From an uncultured virus (IMG/VR IMGVR_UViG_3300006148_000272) (lineage: Duplodnaviria > Heunggongvirae > Uroviricota > Caudoviricetes), in the IMG/VR virus record IMGVR_UViG_3300006148_000272: 64,000 bases of DNA; one strand, 5' to 3'. Made by a program: the position numbers and the translations under genes. The notes under the pieces are model-generated. The model had not been told where the DNA came from. It saw only the letters and a program-made list of their open reading frames with translations, and did not search any database. Shown piece after piece: positions 47,750 to 58,517 of the stretch (its first letter is position 1; every line of letters starts with the position of its first letter).

Positions 47750-50700
47750 ATGATTAAGTGGATTCTAACCAAGATTGTCGGCACCAAAAACCAGCGTGAA
47801 GTGCGCCGTCTGCGCCCCATTGTGGAACAAATCGTCTCCATTGAAGAATCATGGAATGGCAAGGGACAGGAATTCCTGCTTGAGAAAACGAAGGAATGGC
47901 AGGGGTACCTCCATCGCTTCCTCCCCATGGATCTGCCCCCTGTGCGCATTGTGGAAGCCGCGCCCAGGGAAGAGCTGGAGGAAATAGCCGCCAAACTGAA
48001 TGCCCGTTTTGAATCCCTGAAAGGCGAATTCGCTTCCCTCCCCGCGGTGGAAGCCACCCCCGCCTCCATTGAAGAAGGGAAAGCCGCCTGGAACAACATC
48101 ACGCCCCAGTTTGACAAGCTGCGCGAACGCTACCTGAACCAGATACTGCCGGAGGCCTTCGCCGCCGTCAAACACGGCGCCCGCCTGCTCTGCGGGGAAG
48201 AACGCGATATCTGCGGTCAAAAACAGGTTTGGGACATGGTCCACTTTGACGTGCAGCTGCTGGGCGGCATTGCCCTGCACCGCGGCTACATTGCGGAAAT
48301 GGCCACGGGGGAGGGGAAAACGCTTGTCGCCACCCTCCCCGTTTACCTGAACGCCCTGACCGGCATGGGCGTGCATGTGGTGACCGTGAACGATTACCTG
48401 GCGCGCCGCGACTCCGAATGGATGGGCATGCTCTTCCAGTTCCTGGGGCTGACTGTCGGCTGCATCCAGAGCATGATGCCCTCCCAGCTCCGCCGGGAGC
48501 AATACGCCTGCGACATCACTTACGGCACCAACGCCGAATTCGGCTTCGACTACCTGCGCGACAACGGCATGGCAACCTCCAAGTCCGAACAGGTGCAGCG
48601 CGGGCACTACTTCTCCATTGTGGACGAAGTGGACTCCATCCTTATTGACGAGGCCCGCACCCCCCTCATCATTTCCGGCCCCGCGGTCGTCACCCGGGAA
48701 CAGCAGTACGATACCCTGCGCCCCGCCATTGAGCGCGTGGTGAAGGCCCAGACGGACCTTTGCAACGAACTGATGGCCCAGGCCCTGAAAGCCCAGGAGG
48801 AAGGCCGCACGGAAGAAGTGGGCCGCTGCCTGTTCAAGGTAAAAATGGGCCAGCCCCGCCACCGCGCCTTCCTGCGCGCCATGCAGGACCCCGAGCTGCG
48901 CCGCATCGTGGAAAAATATGAACTGACCCTTTACCAGGATACCCGCAAGAAGGAACTCTACAAGCTGAAGGAGGAAATGTTCTTCACCGTGGATGAAAAA
49001 ACCCACGACGCCGACCTGATGGAAAAAGGACGGGAAGTCATCTCCCCCGGCCATCCGGAAGATTTCGTGCTGCCGGATCTGGGAACCGCCTTCGCGGAAA
49101 TGGACGAAGACCCGCGCCTGACGGAAAAAGACAAACTGCGCCGCAAAAATGAACTGACCAAACAGCTTGACGAAACGGGAGCGCGCCTGCACACCACCTC
49201 CCAGCTGCTGAAGGCCTACTGCATTTACGAAAAAGACGTGGAATACGTCGTCAAGGAAGGCAAGGTCATCATCATCGACCAGAATACGGGCCGCGAAATG
49301 CCGGGACGCCGCTGGAGCGACGGTCTGCACCAGGCGGTGGAAGCCAAGGAAGGCGTGGAAGTGGAACGTGAAAACCAGACGTACGCGACCATCACCATCC
49401 AGAACTACTTCCGCCTGTACAAAAAACTGGCGGGCATGACCGGCACGGCGGAAACGGAAGCCGCGGAATTCCATGATATTTACAAGCTGGACGTTCTTCC
49501 CATCCCGACCAACCGCCCCTGCATCCGCAAGGACCAGAATGACCTCATCTTCAAATCCCGCCGTGAAAAATTCAATGCGGTAGTCAATAAAATCCAGGAA
49601 CTTCACGACAAAGGCCAACCCATCCTGATAGGCACGGCCAGCGTGGACGCCTCCGAAACGCTCTCCCGCATGCTCAAGAGGGCCAAAATCCCCCATGAAG
49701 TGCTGAACGCCAAAAACCACCAGCGCGAAGCGGAAATCGTAGCGCAGGCCGGCAAGCGCGGAGCCGTCACCGTCTCCACCAACATGGCGGGCCGTGGAAC
49801 GGACATCAAGCTGGGCGAAGGCGTAGCCGACCTCGGCGGCCTCTTCGTTCTGGGTACGGAACGCCATGAATCCCGCCGCATTGACCGCCAGCTGCGCGGC
49901 CGCTGTTCCCGCCAGGGGGACCCCGGCGCCTCACAGTTCTTCATCTCCTTTGAAGACGACCTGATGCGCAACTTCGGCGCGGCGGAACGCATGACCAAGA
50001 TGATGGAACGCCTGGGCGTGGCCGACGGCGAAGCCCTGGAACACAGTTTCCTGAACAAATCCGTGGAATCCGCCCAGAAACGGGTGGAACAGCGCAACTA
50101 CATGTGGCGCAAGCACGTGCTGGACTATGACGACGTGATGAACAAGCAGCGCGAAATCGTTTACGGATACCGGAATGAAGTGCTCTCCACGGAAAACCCG
50201 CGTGAAATGATTTACGATATTCTGGAAGAAGTAATCGCTACGCGCGCCCATGAATTCCTGGACCCGGATGCGGAAGGCGTCACCCACCCGGACGAAGTGC
50301 TCGCCTGGATGAACGCATCTTTCCCGCTGGGACTCACGGCGGAGGCCGCCAAACTGGAAGAACGGCCCATAGACGACACCATCGCCTTCCTCACTGACAA
50401 AGTCAAGGCCACTTACGAAGACAAAGCTTCCCGCGAACGCCCGGAATACCTGGACCACATGGAACGCCAGATCATCCTGGGAGCCATTGACAAAATGTGG
50501 CAGGAACACCTGTACAACATGGACTCCCTGCGGGAAGGCGTGCGCCTCCGCGCCCAGGGGCAGAAAGACCCCCTGGTGGAATACAAATCGGAAGCTTACG
50601 ATCTCTTCATCACCCTGATGGAAAGCATCAAGGGAGAAGCCATCAGCAACCTCTTCAAGAGCACCACCAACCTGGACGCCTTTGAGGACTTCCTGGCCAG

Positions 50701-51103
50701 CCTGCCCCAGTTCGAATCTTCCGACGAAAACCAGGAAGGCGGAACCAGCCTGCCTGAAATCGGTTTTGACGGCATGCCTTCGGACCTGCTCTCAGCCCTG
50801 AGGGAACAAGTCTCCCGGGCACGGGAACAACAAGCCGCCCAGCAGGCGGAACCGGAACAGGCCCCGGCCGTCATTTCCGACGCCACTACCATTGGGGAAG
50901 GTTACAAACCCGCCGTGGCGGAACCTAAACTGGTCATGCCCAAGCGCAAGGTCAGCGTCGTCCTCCGCAGGGAGGAAGCCCCCCAGGCGTCGGCGGCAAC
51001 GCCCTCCTCCGGAGACGGGGAAGAAACTGCCGTTACTCTGGACTCCCAGGACTTCGCGGAAACCATGGACAACCGGGATTCCGCGGATACCCGCACATTC
51101 TAA
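47750..51103 (+). CDS. secA: Preprotein translocase subunit SecA
   Basis: EMATGEGKT, DEVDSILIDEARTPLIISG and TNMAGRGTDI motifs. Confidence 0.98.
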   Translation: MIKWILTKIVGTKNQREVRRLRPIVEQIVSIEESWNGKGQEFLLEKTKEWQGYLHRFLPMDLPPVRIVEAAPREELEEIAAKLNARFESLKGEFASLPAVEATPASIEEGKAAWNNITPQFDKLRERYLNQILPEAFAAVKHGARLLCGEERDICGQKQVWDMVHFDVQLLGGIALHRGYIAEMATGEGKTLVATLPVYLNALTGMGVHVVTVNDYLARRDSEWMGMLFQFLGLTVGCIQSMMPSQLRREQYACDITYGTNAEFGFDYLRDNGMATSKSEQVQRGHYFSIVDEVDSILIDEARTPLIISGPAVVTREQQYDTLRPAIERVVKAQTDLCNELMAQALKAQEEGRTEEVGRCLFKVKMGQPRHRAFLRAMQDPELRRIVEKYELTLYQDTRKKELYKLKEEMFFTVDEKTHDADLMEKGREVISPGHPEDFVLPDLGTAFAEMDEDPRLTEKDKLRRKNELTKQLDETGARLHTTSQLLKAYCIYEKDVEYVVKEGKVIIIDQNTGREMPGRRWSDGLHQAVEAKEGVEVERENQTYATITIQNYFRLYKKLAGMTGTAETEAAEFHDIYKLDVLPIPTNRPCIRKDQNDLIFKSRREKFNAVVNKIQELHDKGQPILIGTASVDASETLSRMLKRAKIPHEVLNAKNHQREAEIVAQAGKRGAVTVSTNMAGRGTDIKLGEGVADLGGLFVLGTERHESRRIDRQLRGRCSRQGDPGASQFFISFEDDLMRNFGAAERMTKMMERLGVADGEALEHSFLNKSVESAQKRVEQRNYMWRKHVLDYDDVMNKQREIVYGYRNEVLSTENPREMIYDILEEVIATRAHEFLDPDAEGVTHPDEVLAWMNASFPLGLTAEAAKLEERPIDDTIAFLTDKVKATYEDKASRERPEYLDHMERQIILGAIDKMWQEHLYNMDSLREGVRLRAQGQKDPLVEYKSEAYDLFITLMESIKGEAISNLFKSTTNLDAFEDFLASLPQFESSDENQEGGTSLPEIGFDGMPSDLLSALREQVSRAREQQAAQQAEPEQAPAVISDATTIGEGYKPAVAEPKLVMPKRKVSVVLRREEAPQASAATPSSGDGEETAVTLDSQDFAETMDNRDSADTRTF

Positions 51104-51177
51104 AAACGCCACGCATCATTTACAGACCGGGGGAAGCGGATATTCCCGTTCCCCCGGCCCCAAACTTCCGGTCCGCC

Positions 51178-52278
51178 TTGGCTACGCTCCCGCCCAACAA
51201 ATCCGCCAATGTCCGTTCCGTGCTGGAGTATGTTCCGTACTTCAGGGATAAAATCTTTGCCGTGCACGTGGAACGCCCCCTGGTGGATTCCAGGGAATTG
51301 GTGGACGCTTTGCTGGACTTGGACGTACTGCAGGAAATAGGCGTCAGGCCCGTCCTGATTGTGGAAGGGGCGGACGCCTCCGCGCTGTACGAACACACGC
51401 GCGTCTGTGAAATGCGTTCCGCCCTGGTGGAAGCGCCGTTGAAAGGCGGCCAGCTTGTCCGGGAAAGAGTCCGGGAAATCCTGGGGCGCCACCAGATTCC
51501 CGTGGTGGCTTCCGGCCGTTCCGGCTCTTTTGACCCGGAATCCGTCCATATGGCCTTCAGCCTGGGGGCCTCCAAATACATCGCCCTGCTCAATGACCAC
51601 AAGGTTCCGTCTCTGGATGGCCGCCCCATTGCCGCCATTCTGGAATCGGAAGTAGCGGGGCTGGCAGGAAACGTGACCCACCGCGAACTGCTTGACCAGG
51701 CGGCGGAAGCCTGCCGGGCGGGAATCCCCCGCGTGCATCTGCTGGACGGAAAAATGCGCGGCGTGCTGGTGGAGGAACTCTTCTCTGAAGAAGGCGTAGG
51801 CACCATGGTCCACACGGACTCCTACCGGGAAATACGCCCGCTGAAGGAAGAAGACATTCCGGAGCTCCTCTCCATGATCGCCCGTTCCGTGGTGGACTCC
51901 AAACTGGTCAACCGGAATTACGAAGACATCGCCGCCAGGATGGACAGTTACTACGTGCTGACCCTGGACGACAGCATCGTGGGCTGCGTTGCCGTTTATC
52001 CCTACCCGGAACACCACAGTGCGGAACTGGGCTGCCTGTATATCAAGCACCGCCATGAAGGCCGCGGCTACGGCCGCGCATTATGTGAATTCGCCAAAAG
52101 GAAAGCGGAGGAAATGGGCATGGACTTCATCTTCGCCCTCTCCCAAAGCGCCGTCCATTACTTCCGGGATCGCATGCATTACGCGGAATTTTCCCGCGAC
52201 AGCCTGCCTCCGGAACGTCTGCGCACCCTGGAACTCAGCGGTCGCAAATCCGGGGTTTTTGGGTTAAGGCTGAAATAG
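51178..52278 (+). CDS. argA: Amino-acid N-acetyltransferase (N-acetylglutamate synthase)
   Basis: AAK-like N-domain, ELFSEEGVGT and C-terminal GNAT (AELGCLY, GRGYG). Confidence 0.85.
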   Translation: MATLPPNKSANVRSVLEYVPYFRDKIFAVHVERPLVDSRELVDALLDLDVLQEIGVRPVLIVEGADASALYEHTRVCEMRSALVEAPLKGGQLVRERVREILGRHQIPVVASGRSGSFDPESVHMAFSLGASKYIALLNDHKVPSLDGRPIAAILESEVAGLAGNVTHRELLDQAAEACRAGIPRVHLLDGKMRGVLVEELFSEEGVGTMVHTDSYREIRPLKEEDIPELLSMIARSVVDSKLVNRNYEDIAARMDSYYVLTLDDSIVGCVAVYPYPEHHSAELGCLYIKHRHEGRGYGRALCEFAKRKAEEMGMDFIFALSQSAVHYFRDRMHYAEFSRDSLPPERLRTLELSGRKSGVFGLRLK

Positions 52279-52855
52279 TTTTCTATTTACCTATCTGCTC
52301 CGTTCTTGCTTATGGGCGGAATTCCCTGCACCAAATGGGCGGGTAGCTACTCCCGTCTGCTCGTTAAAGGGTATATAGTAAGTTTAGGAAAGGTTTTTCC
52401 ATTTCTCTTTTCCTCTTGGAATCTTCTTCCTACCGAAAAAGAATCAGCAATAATAATCTGATAATAAAAACATTATAAAAGCTATATAGTCAAAAAAGAA
52501 TTTTGCGAATTTGGAATCCGGCGTCAACGTAAAATTATAAAATGGGAAAAGCGTAAACCTGTTACCGTATTTTTCCCTCCAGTCCTGACCGGAGAACAAG
52601 ACAAATTTTCCCTCTCCATTTTTTATGAACACGCAGGAAAAAAAACGATATCCCGCTTCATCCTCCTTTCGCGAAGATAGATTTTTCAAATTAATTATTA
52701 ATGCATTACATATATAGCTAATAGAAATCCCGATAATCGGAATGTTTTTTGCTACGAAAATATCCCATCTCTTGCATTTGCGCTGCGGATTCCAAATCCG
52801 TTATTTTGACACACACATTCATACTATTTCTATTAACTTTAACTGTACATTCCAT

Positions 52856-53506
52856 ATGAAAAAAACTCTGACTCTATTGGTTATTGGACTAATGGCCAAT
52901 GCAGGTGCGGAACAAATTACTGTCACTGGGCCTCAAACCTCCAATAATCAAGCGGGCTGTACCGGATTCAATTTTACGCTGACCAACTCGGGTTGGTTAA
53001 CACCATCAGCCCCTCTTGCGGATCAGGTTCTCTTGGAAAGCCTTGCTCTTACTACTGCCAATACGTGGTATCGCAATTCCGCTCTGGGAATTGCCATTTA
53101 TGAAAAGAATGGGGAAACTTGGAACTTTGTAGGTAAATCCGCATGGCAAGCTTCCGCTCCTGTCGGGAAAAATACATTCACCTTCAGTGATCTTCTATTG
53201 TCCTCATCCACAACATACACAGCCGTCTTTTATGGACACGAATCCTCATTTAACAATCTGTCCCCGGAAAGTACCTTGACCAGTCTGGCTGGAGGACAGT
53301 CTCCCTCGGAATCATCACCCCTTGCATGCGCAGGAGTCAGGCTTGCAACAAATTCCAATGGGGAAGAGCTTTACAACCAGAACGGGACAATCGTTACGAA
53401 TTATGTTCCTATCGCTTCCTTTGCAGTTCAAAATGTGCCGGAACCGGCTACGGCGTCTCTGAGCCTTTTGGGGTTAGCCGCTCTGATGATGCGCCGCCGC
53501 GTCTAA
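52856..53506 (+). CDS. PEP-CTERM sorting domain protein
   Basis: Signal peptide MKKTLTLL...; C-terminal VPEP, TM and RRR. Confidence 0.92.
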   Translation: MKKTLTLLVIGLMANAGAEQITVTGPQTSNNQAGCTGFNFTLTNSGWLTPSAPLADQVLLESLALTTANTWYRNSALGIAIYEKNGETWNFVGKSAWQASAPVGKNTFTFSDLLLSSSTTYTAVFYGHESSFNNLSPESTLTSLAGGQSPSESSPLACAGVRLATNSNGEELYNQNGTIVTNYVPIASFAVQNVPEPATASLSLLGLAALMMRRRV

Positions 53507-53528
53507 ACCCATTCCCCTCTCTCCTCCG

Positions 53529-53560
53529 CCGCATTGCCCAAAAGCAATGCGGTTTTTTTA
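53529..53560 (+). terminator. Rho-independent terminator
   Basis: CCGCATTGC-CCAAAA-GCAATGCGG-TTTTTTT. Confidence 0.8.
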
Positions 53561-53858
53561 TTTTCCGGCATCTGTCCGGTACCAGGCCTTCCCTTCATCC
53601 GGCATCCTGAACGGTAAAATTTATGAGAAAAGAAAGCGCAGTTTCTCGTAAATGGGATTCCAATCTAACATTCATATCCCCATGTTAGAGACACGCACCG
53701 TAATAACAACCCGCCACGGTTTCCCAGGGCGGGAAGTGCAAGGGCGCGGCTTCCAACCGTCAACCAAGCTGTGCATCATTATGCATGCTTTTTGACTACA
53801 TTATACCCTTTTTCACTGTTTTCCAGCATGGAATGTAAACTATGCTCTAAAAGTAACA

Positions 53859-53890
53859 AGCCCCTTAAACCGTTGGATTTAAGGGGCTTT
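53859..53890. terminator. Hairpin downstream of the tRNA fragment
   Basis: AAGCCCCTTAAA...TTTAAGGGGCTT. Confidence 0.7.
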
Positions 53891-53895
53891 GAAGA

Positions 53896-53940
53896 TGGTA
53901 GCAGGGAGGTGATTTGAACACCCGACCAAAGGCTTATGAG
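53896..53940 (-). other. att site of prophage 2: 3' half of a tRNA(CAT), likely Ile2 or Met (fragment, not a full tRNA)
   Basis: Reverse complement CTCATAAGCCTTTGGTCGGGTGTTCAAATCACCTCCCTGCTACCA has the anticodon loop, T-arm and CCA; the 5' half is absent. Confidence 0.85.
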
Positions 53941-54338
53941 GTCTTTTTCATTCTACTCATTATCAATTAGTTATGCGTTTTGTATTTTATTAGTGCATTA
54001 TAGTGCATAGTTTATAAATATGCTTTGTTTGTGGCAATGTTGGCAATGTGTATGCTACTACGCTATACGCGCGCACAAGCGCGCACGAGAAGCCTTATTT
54101 AGTCCTCTTACATTCCCATGATGGCCTGATCCAACCCCGGAAGGGGGGTAAGGAATCTCTTTGCCTGGGGCCGTTCCGATCGGTGCTTGTGTGACTGGCG
54201 GGGGTATTTTTCTGAAAGTGGAACGGAGTTTTTACGGAACGCAACGCCGTTATTATTAGCATGTTGGAATATAAAAATCCAGCGAAAAACGGAACAGCCA
54301 GAAAGAGAAAGCGGGGAATAAGGAAAAGGAAAAATAGC

Positions 54339-54920
54339 ATGCCAAGACGACCAACGGAAGACAGTTTGAAAGTGCGGGCTCTGGCGAAAGCTCACGGCAA
54401 AACGGAGCGCTGGGCCCGGAAACAGCGGGAAAAGAACACGCCCATGTGGCAAGAATTCTGTGAAGGGAAACAGGTGGCCAGCCCGGCAAAACGGGAAGAC
54501 GCCCAGGAAAGAACGGATCTGGAAAAAGCAGAACTGATTTGCACGGAAGCCTGGGCCGCATGGCAAGGAATGAACGGATTGCTGAACGCGGCCCTGAAAG
54601 ATCCCGGCAAGCAGGATATTATTCCGTCCCTGGCCCGCGCCACCAGGGAATCCCGGAAACAATGGGAAGACGCCACCAAGCACCGGGAAGCGCTATTGCG
54701 TGCGGCGGGATTGTGGATCCCGGTGGAACGGGTCATGGCAATCCGCACACACTTGAAACCGCTTGGATCCGTCATTGAAAAGCTGGAAGTGAACATTGCG
54801 GGCCGCCTGTCTCCGGAAAACCGGCATGAGTTTTACCAAGCCTTTGAAACCGCCATGCCGGAATGGAACACGGGAATACGAAAAATGGATGAATATATCA
54901 CTAGCCTTTTGCCATGTTAG
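54339..54920 (+). CDS. Putative terminase small subunit
   Basis: Immediately upstream of and overlapping terL; probable start MPRRPT at 54339. Confidence 0.65.
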   Translation: MPRRPTEDSLKVRALAKAHGKTERWARKQREKNTPMWQEFCEGKQVASPAKREDAQERTDLEKAELICTEAWAAWQGMNGLLNAALKDPGKQDIIPSLARATRESRKQWEDATKHREALLRAAGLWIPVERVMAIRTHLKPLGSVIEKLEVNIAGRLSPENRHEFYQAFETAMPEWNTGIRKMDEYITSLLPC

Positions 54921-56638
54921 AAGATCTCCTATTTCAGCCGCGGGGGAGTGTGGTGGAATGGGTGGAACGGGAATTGAGGCTGCCGAGGGAAACCTCCCCA
55001 AACGCGCCGGGCCCCGTGTCCCTGGACCGTCAGCCTTACATGAGGGAACCGCTGGAATGCCTGCGTAATACCCGGATTGAACACTTGTATCTGGTTTGGG
55101 CAGCCCAAACCGGAAAAACAACGCTGGACCTCCTGGCCCTGGCCTATCTATTGGAACACGATCCCATGCCCTTGCTATGGGCCCTCCCATCCGATAATCT
55201 GGCCGCGCCCTTTTCCCGCAACCGCCTTCAGCCGTTTCTGAAAGCGAATCCCTGCCTTGCCCGGCATATCCTCCGGAATCCCGCATCTTTTGCCCCGCTG
55301 GAAATGACGCTGGACAATATGCCGATCTACATGACCGGCGTGACCAGCCCTGCCCGTCTGTCATCCCGGCCCATTGCTTACGTGATCCAAGACGAGGAAG
55401 CGAAATTTGAACATATCAACAAAAAAGAAGCGCATCCTTCCGCCCTGATCGAAGAACGTACAAAAGCCTTTCCGCGGCGGCTGATCATCCATAGCAGTAC
55501 ACCGAATGTTGAAGATGAACCCTACTGGCAGGGCTACAGCCTGACGGATTGCCGGGAATACTTCATGCCCTGTCCCCATTGCGGGATGTGGATCCGGTTT
55601 GAATTCAGCCGGGCAACGCTGGTTTGGGACGGGGACAGCCTGGAAGAAATTGAAGCCAGCGCCCGCTATGTCTGCCCGGATTGTTCACGGCCCATTTACG
55701 ACGCCCAAAAAATAGACATGATGCAGGCGGGCGAATGGAGGGCCACCAATGAAGCCGCGCATCCGTCCCGGCGCGGGTATCATTTGAATTCGCTTTATTC
55801 CCCTTTCGTGTCCTTTGGTCAGTTTGCCCGTAAATTTGTAGAAAGTTCCCGCGCCCTTCTGGCGCAAATGGAATTACAGAACTTCCGGAATTCCTGGGAA
55901 GCCCTGCCTTACTCAAAATATCAGGTTAAAGTGAAAGATCAGGCTGTGGAAGCCCTGAAAACTTCCGCGTACCGTCGGGGAGAAATGCCCCCCGTGGAAC
56001 CGCTGTACCTGGTGGCCGGCTATGATCCGGGGGAACTGCAAACGCATTGGGTTGTTTGCGCCGTGTCAGCCGGCGGGGAATTATGGGTTATCGATTGGGG
56101 AACCATCCTAAGTTTCCGGACGGAGGGAGGCCGGAAAGGCGTTGCCGCCCATTTCCCCGGATTGCTGTATCAGGCAGGGGATCATATCTTTCAGCCGGCG
56201 CTGGGATTAGTAGATTCCGGCTGGAGCGCGGAAGCGACCTATACGGAATGCGCCCTGATGCCCGGCCAGCTTTATCCAACAAAAGGATCCGCCGCGGGTT
56301 TTGGCGTCTGGAATCGCACGGATTTGAAAACGCATCCGGGCCTTGAACTGTACACCTATCAGGACCGGGCCGCAAAAATCGAACTATACGCCGAACGCAT
56401 TGCACACGGACGCGGCCCTGGGCTGCACCTTCCGGGGAACGCGGATCCGGATCTGATCAGGGGATTGAGCGGGCAAGTACTAGAAGAGAAACCCGGCAGC
56501 CCCAGCCAATGGAAGAAAATTGCCGGAGACCACTATGGCGACTGCGTGAAGCTCTGCATGTTTTCCTGGTGGGTCCTGAAATCATCCGTCCCGGATCCCG
56601 AACCGGAAGAAGAGAGAGAAAGAGACGGCGGGGAATAA
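54914..56638 (+). CDS. terL: Terminase large subunit (lambda GpA family)
   Basis: AAQTGKT, IQDEE, SSTP, PCPHCG and GYHLNSLYSPF motifs. Confidence 0.92.
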   Translation: MLEDLLFQPRGSVVEWVERELRLPRETSPNAPGPVSLDRQPYMREPLECLRNTRIEHLYLVWAAQTGKTTLDLLALAYLLEHDPMPLLWALPSDNLAAPFSRNRLQPFLKANPCLARHILRNPASFAPLEMTLDNMPIYMTGVTSPARLSSRPIAYVIQDEEAKFEHINKKEAHPSALIEERTKAFPRRLIIHSSTPNVEDEPYWQGYSLTDCREYFMPCPHCGMWIRFEFSRATLVWDGDSLEEIEASARYVCPDCSRPIYDAQKIDMMQAGEWRATNEAAHPSRRGYHLNSLYSPFVSFGQFARKFVESSRALLAQMELQNFRNSWEALPYSKYQVKVKDQAVEALKTSAYRRGEMPPVEPLYLVAGYDPGELQTHWVVCAVSAGGELWVIDWGTILSFRTEGGRKGVAAHFPGLLYQAGDHIFQPALGLVDSGWSAEATYTECALMPGQLYPTKGSAAGFGVWNRTDLKTHPGLELYTYQDRAAKIELYAERIAHGRGPGLHLPGNADPDLIRGLSGQVLEEKPGSPSQWKKIAGDHYGDCVKLCMFSWWVLKSSVPDPEPEEERERDGGE

Positions 56639-56641
56639 GGT

Positions 56642-56920
56642 ATGAGCGGATTTTCTCAAGAAAGTTTAGATGCCCTGGCGGAGGCTTACAGCCTCCAGGA
56701 ACTCAAGGCCAAAAGAAAGGAAGTAGCGGACAAGCTACTTGAACTTGACATGATCACATCCGCCAGCGGGGGCGGCGGCAGCAGTTACAGCCGGCAACAA
56801 CGCATGGACGCGGAAAGCCTACTGGCCGCCCTGAACATGGCGATCAAGGCGAAGACGGGGCAATCTCCGAATCCGGGACAAAGCGTTACCATTGTAGGAT
56901 TTAGGAATACAGATTATTGA
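56642..56920 (+). CDS. Putative head-tail joining protein (gpW position)
   Basis: 92 aa between terL and portal. Confidence 0.6.
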   Translation: MSGFSQESLDALAEAYSLQELKAKRKEVADKLLELDMITSASGGGGSSYSRQQRMDAESLLAALNMAIKAKTGQSPNPGQSVTIVGFRNTDY

Positions 56921-56921
56921 C

Positions 56922-58499
56922 ATGAAACGACGCAAGAGAAAATACAAGTTACGCATGAACCGGGCAGATCTGGGCTCCATGCCGGAGGCCCTGAACCAGC
57001 CCCGCGCCCTGTCCCCTCAAATGTTCGGAGGCATCCAGGGCGCCCTGCCCTGGGCTAACGGCATGTTGTACTGGCCTACGCTGGATGACGCCTCCGAAAT
57101 GGATGATTATGACCGTGCCGCCGTCATGAGGGCCGCCCGGTATCTGTACAAGAATTCCGGCGTCATCCGGAAGGCCGTCCGTGACATTTGGCTATTGCAG
57201 GGCTGCCTGATGCCTATTCCTACGACGCAAGACCGGGACTGGAACCGGAAAGCCCGCGCGGCCTTTCTGGCGCGGGTGGCCAGCCCCGCCGCTTTTGACG
57301 TTACGGGAAAATTATCCTGGAAAACCATGCAGGCATGGGCCGAAAGGAAAACCAGCATTGACGGCGATTGCCTGTGCGTTCTGGCCCGCGGCCTGGACGG
57401 CGGGGGAATGGTGGCCTGGTACAGCGCGCCGAAGATAATCACGCCGCCGGGCCTGGGTAAAGAAGACGGCTGGAACCAGGGGGTGAAAACAAACGCACAG
57501 GGGCGCCCGGTTGCTTATGGACTGGCAACGGCGCCGGGCCGCTGCATCGTCATCCCCGCCGGCTGTGCCATCCTGTATCAGCGGGATCCGGATCCGGCAG
57601 TCCCACGCGGGGAATCAGATCTAATCCACGCCATCCGGCACGGGGTGGATATTGCGGAAATACACGGCTTTACGAAAGCCAGCGTGAAACTGTCCGCCGC
57701 CGTGGGATTTGTCGAAACGAAAACGGAGGCAGACAAGGCCCCCGGAATGGCCGCCGCCATTGGGGGCAAAAAGAAACCGGGCTGTGACGAAAAACCGGAA
57801 AATCCGGCGCAATCCTTTGAAGTCGTCACCGGCGGCGGGGCCCGTGTAGTCAGCCTTGCCCCAGGGCGTGATCTGAAAGCCATTTATGACCAGCGGCCAT
57901 CTCCCAATGTGGCCGCCTTCATCCGCGACTTGCTCGCGGAAATCGCCTACGGCGTGGGACTGGACGCGGAAGTCCTCTATGACATCAACACGTTAGGAAG
58001 CGCGGCGGCCCGGCTGATCCTGTCAAAATTGCGGCGCTGGATCGACGAACGGAAAGACGCGCGGGAAGTGTACATGAACCGGATTTACCGGCATGTCCTG
58101 GCCCTGGAAATGGAGGCGGGGCGCCTCCCCCGCTGTAAAGATCCCGCCTGGGAAAACGTGGCCTGGGTGGGTCAGCGTGATTTGACGATTGATTTAGGCC
58201 GTGAAGGGGGCCTGGCAATCAATCTGATCCGGGAAGGACTGGCTGACGCGGACCGCTGGACGCTCGCCACGGAGGGCATGACTGCGGAAAGCATTTTGGA
58301 CCGCCGGGCGGATTTGTTGCGCCGGGCTCATGAAATTGCCGAATCCTCCGGCATCCCCATCACGGAACTTTTGCCTGGCGCCATCGGCTCCACACATGCG
58401 GCCCATGACGTGCACCCGGGGCCGCCTCCGGAAGACGATGAACCGGAAAATGCCGGCAACGGGGAAAAGAGCAAAAGAGACGGCGGGGAAAATATATAG
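56922..58499 (+). CDS. Portal protein, lambda family
   Basis: RAARYLYKNS, PRGES and IAYGVGL motifs; position after terL/gpW. Confidence 0.87.
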   Translation: MKRRKRKYKLRMNRADLGSMPEALNQPRALSPQMFGGIQGALPWANGMLYWPTLDDASEMDDYDRAAVMRAARYLYKNSGVIRKAVRDIWLLQGCLMPIPTTQDRDWNRKARAAFLARVASPAAFDVTGKLSWKTMQAWAERKTSIDGDCLCVLARGLDGGGMVAWYSAPKIITPPGLGKEDGWNQGVKTNAQGRPVAYGLATAPGRCIVIPAGCAILYQRDPDPAVPRGESDLIHAIRHGVDIAEIHGFTKASVKLSAAVGFVETKTEADKAPGMAAAIGGKKKPGCDEKPENPAQSFEVVTGGGARVVSLAPGRDLKAIYDQRPSPNVAAFIRDLLAEIAYGVGLDAEVLYDINTLGSAAARLILSKLRRWIDERKDAREVYMNRIYRHVLALEMEAGRLPRCKDPAWENVAWVGQRDLTIDLGREGGLAINLIREGLADADRWTLATEGMTAESILDRRADLLRRAHEIAESSGIPITELLPGAIGSTHAAHDVHPGPPPEDDEPENAGNGEKSKRDGGENI

Positions 58500-58517
58500 G
58501 GAAACCTGTATCATATC

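Noticed and set aside
43023..49867. The 1465-aa ORF antisense to uvrA and the 672-aa ORF antisense to secA
   Set aside because: They are shadow ORFs of conserved housekeeping genes.
53896..53940. An intact tRNA gene
   Set aside because: Only the anticodon loop to CCA is present, and the D-arm and 5' acceptor strand are missing, so it is treated as an att remnant.
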